Below, in pieces: positions 27,011-36,000 of a stretch of 64,000 nt of DNA. Position 1 is the first letter of the stretch; every line of letters starts with the position of its first letter. The translations under genes and the position numbers were made by a program. This DNA comes from an uncultured virus (IMG/VR IMGVR_UViG_3300034106_004022) (lineage: Duplodnaviria; Heunggongvirae; Uroviricota; Caudoviricetes). Below the pieces are notes generated by a model that was given only the letters and a program-made list of their open reading frames with translations, ran no database searches and was not told where the DNA came from. The stretch covers positions 1 through 64,000 of IMG/VR virus record IMGVR_UViG_3300034106_004022; one strand, written 5' to 3'.

Positions 27011-30000
27011 ATGAAGTACGCAGGTAAGAATCCAAATGGTATTAATCAGGTCAGTCAAAGTTTACTATCGGTTGATGTAAACGGAGTACAGCAATTAACG
27101 GTATCAACGGCATCGTTAGATATCAACACTAAATTATCAGTTACTAATGGTGTTTTGGCATCATCATATACTGGTTCTGCTTTTAGTGGTAGTAAATTTG
27201 TTGGTTCTCAATTTTCCGGCTCATTCTCTGGTTCATTTAGTGGTGATGGTTCAAATTTAACCAAAATTCCATTTGAAGGATTAACCGCAGATGCACAATC
27301 TAAAATTCAAAGTGGAGATGGGACAGCTAGAATATCAAATAATAAACTTTCTATAAATGTTAATACTGATATAACCGGTTCTTTATTAACTACTGGAACG
27401 GTATCGGCATCTTTCTTAGCTGGAGATGGTTCAAACATAACAAATATATCAGCGGCATCGATTGGTGATATTAATCGATTAAAATCAGGTTCAGCAACCG
27501 CAACCATTTCTCCTAATAAAGGATTAGAAGTAAATGTAGGAATCGTAACTGAAAAATATTTAGGAGTTAGTGGTTCTGCTCAAATAGCTGGTAATTTAAA
27601 TGTAGATGGTACAACAACTTTAAAAAGTTTAAATGTAGCAGGTACAATTACCGCAACTGAATTAAAAACAACATACATATCTTCATCAATAATATTTTCA
27701 TCTGGTTCCAATAAATTTGGTGACCAATCTTCGGATACGCATGAATTTACTGGTTCGTTAAGAGTTAAAGATACAATACAAATACCATCATATACATCAA
27801 ACCCAGTATCTGGTAAAGTTGGTGAAATATATTATAACACTTCAGATACTAACATATATCGTTGGACTGGATTGATATGGGAACCTGCGGCTGGTACGGC
27901 TGGTACATCAGGTACGAGTGGTACTTCAGGTACTTCAGGTACGTCTGGGACAAGTGGTACTTCTGGGACAAGTGGTAGTAGTGGTTCTTCTGGAGCTAGT
28001 GGTTCAAGTGGAAGTAGTGGTTCAAGTGGAAGTAGTGGAACATCTGGGACAAGTGGAACATCTGGTAGTGGTGGAACATCTGGTAGTGGTGGTTCATCTG
28101 GTACAAGCGGAAGTAGTGGTACGAGAGGAACTAGTGGTTCATCTGGAACTTCTGGGACATCTGGTACAAGCGGAAGTAGTGGAAGTAGTGGAAGTAGCGG
28201 TACATCTGGAACTTCTGGAACAAGTGGAACTTCAGGTTCATCTGGTTCAAGTGGATTCGGTTCAAGCGGAACATCTGGAAGTGGTGGAACATCTGGTACA
28301 AGTGGTACACGTGGTACCTCTGGTTCTTCTGGAACCTCTGGTTCATCTGGAACATCGGGTTCTTCTGGAATAAGTGGTTCGTCTGGAACATCAGCAACAA
28401 GCGGAAGTGGTGGTACATCCGCAACAAGCGGAAGTAGTGGTTCAAGTGGAAGTAGTGGAACATCTGGTTCATCTGGTTCATCGGGAACGAGTGGTACTTC
28501 TGGAACAAGAGGAACTTCGGGAACTTCAGGAACTTCTGGGACTAGTGGGATATCTGGTTCGTCTGGTTCTTCTGGTTCTTCTGGAACATCTGGAACATCT
28601 GGAATATCTGGTTCAAGTGGTAGTAGTGGTTCAAGTGGAAGCTCGGGAACTTCTGGAACAAGTGGTACTCGTGGTACTTCTGGAACGAGTGGTATAGATG
28701 GAGTTGTTGGAGATGGTGGTACATCAGGTTCGTCTGGGAGTAGCGGTAGTAGCGGAACCTCTGGAAGTAGTGGTTCTTCTGGAACCTCTGGAACTAGCGG
28801 TTCATCAGGTACAAATTCAACGGCTGGTACGGGTGGAACGTCTGGTTCATCTGGAAGTAGTGGTTCATCTGGTACAAGTGGAACGAGTGGAACTTCAGGT
28901 TCTTCTGGGACAAGTGGAAGTAGTGGTTCTTCTGGAACATCTGGTTCTTCTGGAAGTAGTGGAACATCTGGAACATCTGGAACGAGTGGAATAAATGGAT
29001 TAATAGGAAGTAGTGGTACAGGTGGAACTGCTGGAACTGGTGGTACATCTGGAAGTAGTGGTTCGTCTGGAACATCTGGCACAAGCGGAACTTCTGGAAC
29101 ATCTGGTACAAGCGGAACTTCTGGAACAAGAGGTACTGCTGGTAGTGGTGGTTCAAGTGGTTCTTCTGGAAGTAGTGGAACATCTGGAACGAGTGGAACA
29201 TCTGGTTCTTCTGGAAGTAGTGGAACTTCTGGGACAAGTGGAAGTAGTGGAACTTCTGGGACAAGTGGAAGTAGTGGAACTTCTGGAACAAGGGGTACTG
29301 CTGGTAGTGGTGGTTCATCTGGGACTAGTGGAAGTAGTGGAACATCTGGAAGTAGTGGAACTTCTGGTTCGTCTGGTTCAAGTGGAACTTCTGGAACGAG
29401 TGGAACTTCTGGAACGAGTGGAACATCTGGTAGTAGTGGAACATCTGGTTCATCTGGTGTATTAGCATTAACTGGTACAACTGATAATGGTGTAATCACA
29501 TTAAACGGAACTGCACCAAACGCAACCGTTGAAAGTAATTTAAGATTCGATGGTACTACATTAGCAGTAACTGGTAACGCTACAATTAGTGGTGACCTTA
29601 CTGTAAGTGGTACAACAACATATATTAATACAACAACTCTTAATGTAGGTGATAATATCATTACATTAAATGCAGATATTGGAGCAGCAACTGCACCAAC
29701 TGAAAATGCTGGTATAGAAGTTAAGAGAGGAAACGCAGCAACAAAACAATTTTATTGGAACGAATCAACTGATAGATGGTACGCTGATTCTGATTTACAA
29801 TCTGCTGGTAATTTATATGGTACTCAAATAGATACTGGGCAAGGATTAACTGAAGTTCATTTGATGAACCAAAACGTTCGTACATCTGATACTATAACAT
29901 TTGCTAGACTAAATCTTACAACAACAGGTAATGATTATTATTTTGCAGCAAATGGATTGACAATGACAAGTATCTCAACTGGTGAAACCATTTGGAGAAA

Positions 30001-33000
30001 CTTATCATCTTTACGTTTTACTGATAATAATGATTGGGATTATAATAGTTGGGCAGGATTAAAATTCATAAACGCATCTAAGAGAATTGTATTGGGTGTA
30101 GGGGGTAATGTTTTTACAGCAAACTCAGCACAAACTGGTAACTTATTGTTGGATAGAATTGATACAATGTATTTATTCGATACAACTTATTATTTAAACA
30201 CCGGTACTTCAAACTTAAACTCATTAACATTAGCTGGTAATTTAGTAGCAGCTCAAGTTAATACTGGGCAAGGATTAACCGAAGTTCATTTGATGAACCA
30301 AAATGTTAGAACTACTGATAGTGTAACTTTTGCAAATATAACTGGTAATACAATTTATGTAGGTGGTGGCACTACATATTTTATTAATAATGATATATCT
30401 CGATTAAATTATATAAATGCTAATGCTTTCGCACAAGAGCAAGGTAGTGTATTAAAAATAACATATCCAAATGGAGGTACATTAAATAATAGTACATCAT
30501 CCGTAACTGGAGCAATAAAGATACGACTTCCTCAATCGTGGACAAACACTATGATGGAGTTAAAAGTTCGTATTTACAATTATAGTGGAGATACTTATTG
30601 GGAATACTCAATGGGTGGATATAATTATTCACCATCAACATCTTGGATTAATACAAATGCAAGTGTTGCTGGGGCAGCTGGGGCACCTGCATATACTGTT
30701 AGATTTGCACATGATGGTACTTATTGTACAATATTCATCGGTGAATTAGCAACAACTTGGTCATACCCTAAAATAGTTGTTACTGAGTTTATTGGTGGAC
30801 ATTCAAACTTCGCTGTATCTCAATGGGATGGTGATTGGGCTCTATCATTTGAAACAACATCATTTGGTACTGTAACATCCACTAAAACTCCAACATTAAG
30901 AACTGGTAATTTTATAGCAGATGGTACAATAAGTGGTACATCGATAGATACTGGACAAGGTTCAACTGAAGTTCATTTAATGAACCAAAACATTCGTACA
31001 ACGGATGATGTTACTTTTTCTACGATAAGAGGTACTAATTTTAGAGCATCAAACGCGTATTACTTAGGTGAAAATAATTTTTATCTTAATTTAACAAATG
31101 GTGGTTGGTATTCTAATGTAAGGATTGCATCTGAAGTAGATATGAGGGCACCTATATTCTATGATACGGATAATACTGCATATTATACAAATCCTGCTGG
31201 ACTTTCTGTACTTAGCCATATCCAATTAGTAAATAACTGGGCTAACACTACTCCTAATGATGGTGCAATAAATATTAGAGGACAGTATCCATCTATGACA
31301 TTTAGAAATACTATATCCAATAATATGTGGTTAAGACATATGGATGGTAGTGGTGATATACAACATTATTTTGCATCTGGCGTTGATAGTACTTCTTGGA
31401 GTATAAGACACTCAATGTTTACAAATGGTAGATTCTTCTCAGCTGAAAGCATGAGAACACCAATATTTTATGATTCAGATAATACCGCATACTATTTAGA
31501 TGCAGCTAGTACTTCAAATATAAATGAAATAGTATCAGTAAGAGGGCAGTTTAGAAAAGCACAAACAAACAACAATTATACTACCGCTGCTTTATGGACT
31601 GAATCATATAGCACTACAACCACTGGTATTGCTTTTCACATTAGTGGTGTTGTTGGTAAGTATTTGGAAATGCGTACTGATGGTATTCTTTATTGGGAAA
31701 ATGAAAAAGTTTGGACAGGTAGTACAGATGGTGCTGGTTCTGGATTAGATGCAGATTTATTAGATGGTCAACAAGGGACATATTATGACCATAGAATATA
31801 TACTTCTACTGGAAATATTGCTGGTTCTTTTTTAGGAGGACATTATTCATCTGGGGGAACTGAAAAACCTAACTCAGCTACATTCGGAGCTGGTAAGTTA
31901 AAGGTAGCCATGCTTAGTAACGGAAACCTTGGATTTGGTGGAAGTTGGAATGATGTTCTATGGATGTCAACTTATAATGGTGGTGATGTTAAACAAAGTT
32001 ACGCAATTGTTGGAGATAAGTATGGTGATAACCTATGGTTCTCAAGACAAGCATTTGATTCTGCAACTTGGGGTACTGGTAGAAGATTGTGGCATAGTGG
32101 GGATACTACCATATCAACAACAGGTGATATGCGTTCTCCAATTTTCTATGATTCGGATGATACAACATATAGAATTGATGGAAATAGTACATCTGTTCTT
32201 AATAACTTAAATATTGCTGGAACTCTTACTGTAAATGGTACAATAAATTTAGGTAATGATTTCCAAATCGGTGATTATAAATATTTTGGAATCAATAACT
32301 TAGGTGCATCTGCAACTCAAGCTAGAAGATTTGAAGTTGCACGAATTGGTATTGATTTTAATGATTGGAACTCTGTTGGTTTATTTGAAGTTGAACTTTC
32401 GGAAAATTACTACGATAAAGGTTTAAGAAAAAGATATATAGTTTCTTATGGATATGTTTCTGCAGCATCAGTTCAATTAGTTGAAGCAAATGGTATAGGT
32501 TCAAATCACTTCCAAGTAACTATTGGTTCTGAAGTAGTTGTAAGTGGTGACCATAGATACATTCCTGTATATGTTGATGTTAGATATTACTCATCAGTTG
32601 ATGCTCTTATTAGAACTACACGAAGTATTACTACCAATACAAATAGTGCAATTGGTGCGGTTTATATTAACACATCACCTTCTGCAACTAACATTTCCGA
32701 TTTTACGGCAGATAGTATTGTATATCCAACTTCAGGTCAATTCGGTATTGCTGCACCAACATTCTACGATTCGGATAATACATCATATTATATAGACCCA
32801 TCTAATGGAGCAAATGGAATTTCTGCTAATTTACAGGGTAGAATTCAAGTTGGTACATTTAATAATTCTCAAACTAATACTGGTGAGGCTTGGATTGGTA
32901 GAGCATCTGATAGAGCAGCCGGTGTATTAACTGTACAATTAGGTGGTGGTGCAGGTAGATATTTAGAAGTAGTAGATAATGCTTGGACTACTGTTGAGTT

Positions 33001-36000
33001 TAGTGTAAATGATAGTGGTGTTGCTACTGCAGCAGCAAGTTTTAGAGCACCTATATTCTATGATTCGAATAATACATCATATTATTTAGACCCTACATCA
33101 ACAACATCGTTAAGAACTGTTGGTAGTTGGAGAAGTGATTCATCTACATGGGATGGTGAATTTAGTGGTAAGATTCAATATCATTCTAATAATTGGTATT
33201 TCCAAGCTGCTGGAGACTGGATTTGGAGAAATTCAGGTGGTAGTAACGTAATTTATGGTAACCAAAGTGGTGAATTGACTGCAACTGGGAACATGCGTTC
33301 ACCTATATTCTACGATTCTGATAATACTGGGTATTATACAAATCCAGCAGGAACATCTCGTATGAATGGAATTGCATTTGATGCAGCATCGCCTGTATAT
33401 AGTGTAACCGCTGGAACATCATATCAACAACATTTTCAAATTAGAGAAGCAGGTGCTAGTGGTGCAAATGGTTCGGCCATTGCATACGCACCATCAATTG
33501 GTTTCCATTGGAGTGGTGTAGTTGCATCCAATATTACAATGGAAGCAAGTGGTAGAATTTCAATAAGAAATAATCCGGGTACATCATATGAAAATTTGGT
33601 TGCTAACAATATGTACGCATATGCATTCTATGATGAAAATAATACTGGATATTACTTAGACCCTGCATCTACTTCTGTACTAAACGCAATTAGATTGGGT
33701 ACATCTGCAAATAATTCTACATTATCTGGAGCTGGTGATTGGGGTGTTAGATTTACTACAGACGTTGGATACATACAAATAGGACCTGCAAATAGTTCAT
33801 ATGCTCATATCTATACGGATAGAGGTAATTTCTATATGAACGTAAATGACCTTTATCTAAATGGAAACCTTGTACCCGCATTTGGATATAATAGAGGTAG
33901 TGGTAACTTATTTGCAGCAATTTATTATGATGCAAATAATACTAATTATTATATAGATGGAGCATCAACATCAAACCTAAATGATTTACAAACTGCGGGA
34001 AGAGTTGTAATTGGTGGTAACTTTAGTAATAACGCATACAATTCAGTAGGTTCTGCTAGATTACATTTTGGAGGAGGTAACTCTGATGCAAATGATAACT
34101 ATTACATAGGTACTAATATAGAAGGTTATGGTGGTTCATATACTAAATTAGATTTAAGATGGCATACTGGTATCCGTATGGGTGCACAACCTGGATATGG
34201 TGGTATTCGTTTTTATGATACTGAAGATTTAGGTACGCTTATATTCTCAATTGGTACTGGTGATGCACATGTTAGGGTAACTAATAATTTATATGTAAAT
34301 GGATACACTTATTTAGGAAATGGTAACGCTGATGAAACTCATATTAATGATACTTTAAGAGTTGGTGCAACCGATAGTGGTGATTCTCATTTCTATTTTG
34401 GAGAAGATTCATCATCTTGGTATGGTGACCATTGGTATTGGGATTCTGGATATAATGTTTATAGATATAGTAGATTCGCTGGAACTGATTCCCTAATTCA
34501 CTACCATGATACGAGAGATACTACTAGAATTACATATGCTAGAAATATTGTATTTGATGATTTCGGAAAAGGTATAGTTGGTAACTATTCAGCAGAGAGA
34601 TTACAATTGGTATTTGCTATGGGTGATTCATACAAACCAAATACGGCAGGTACATCAACGGCAAATATGTATGGTATTGGTTGGTCACATCCAAACGCAG
34701 GTGGATTAGGTGGAGCTAATAATCTTAATGACCACGGTTTATTGATTATCAATAATGGTACATTTAGAGCAGCAATTTCATCTAGAATTGTGGCATCTGA
34801 AGAAGTAAGAGGTACATTATTTAGAGATTACAATGATAGTGGGTATTATTTAGACCCTAATACAACTGGAATTTCTTTAAGAATAGGTGGAACTGTTCAT
34901 TCAGGTGGAGCATTTAGTAGTGATGGTTATTCATCATCATCACCAAACGTTGTGACACGAATAACTGCACCACAAGGAGCAGCATTTTCATCAGATGGTT
35001 CTACTGGAGCTATTAGAATTAAATTACCATTTAGGGGAAATAACCCTATGTGGACTATGAAGGTTCGAATTTATAATTACTCTACTAACCAAACATCAGA
35101 ATATCTATTAGGTAATTATGCTTATGACCAAGGTGGTTATAACTCATCTGCTACTTTTATAGGTGGAGCAAGTGCAACTGCACATACTGTAAGATTTGGT
35201 AATCAGGACGGAGTTGATTGTGTTTGGATAGGTGAAACAAATACTGGATGGAGTTATCCGGTAGTTAGTGTTATTGATTTTACATCTGGATTTAGAAGTT
35301 CAAACGCTGATTCACAATCTAGAAATTGGAATATAGCAGTAGTAACATCATTTGGTACAGTCCAAACTGCAATAACGCCTGAAATTAGATTATCTAATAC
35401 ATACGCTCCTACATTTAGAGCTGATACGGATATGAGGGCACCAATTTATTATGATACCAACACTGCGTATTATATAAATGGTGATGGTGCATCAAACCTA
35501 AATACTCTACAAACTTATTCATATCAAGGTAATGGTAACGTAGGTGGAACTGGAAACGCATCTTGGCATCCATCTGGTATCTATTCAGCTGGTTATAACT
35601 GGTTGTATGGTGGTATCAATATGAATGGTGGCACATTAGATGGAGCAGGTCCAATTTATGGTACTATATATTATGATAGAAATGATTCAGGATATTATGC
35701 AGACCCTGCATCAACATCTAATTTTTATAATTTAAATTTAACTGGAGCTAAACATACCTACCTTACTATAAACCCTGGTAACGGATGGGAAGCAATGGTT
35801 CGTTATATTGGTGGTAGTGGTAGTAGTTGGTATGTTGGTAAACGTACATCAACTCAATTGTTAGGTAGTACTGATGCATTCCATATGTATTCTGAAACTG
35901 CCGGTAGAACAGTTGGTGGATATGATACTGCTGGTAATCATTACGCATATGGTTCATCAAGAGCTACTATATTCTATGATATAGATGATACTACATATTA

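Noticed and set aside
20066..29661. Long overlapping ORFs on the minus strand and in alternative frames (PEVPDVP-, MFQMNH- and VHLEHL-type)
   Set aside because: They are shadows of the GTS/GSS codon repeats, which lack stops in other frames, and they lie wholly inside real genes.
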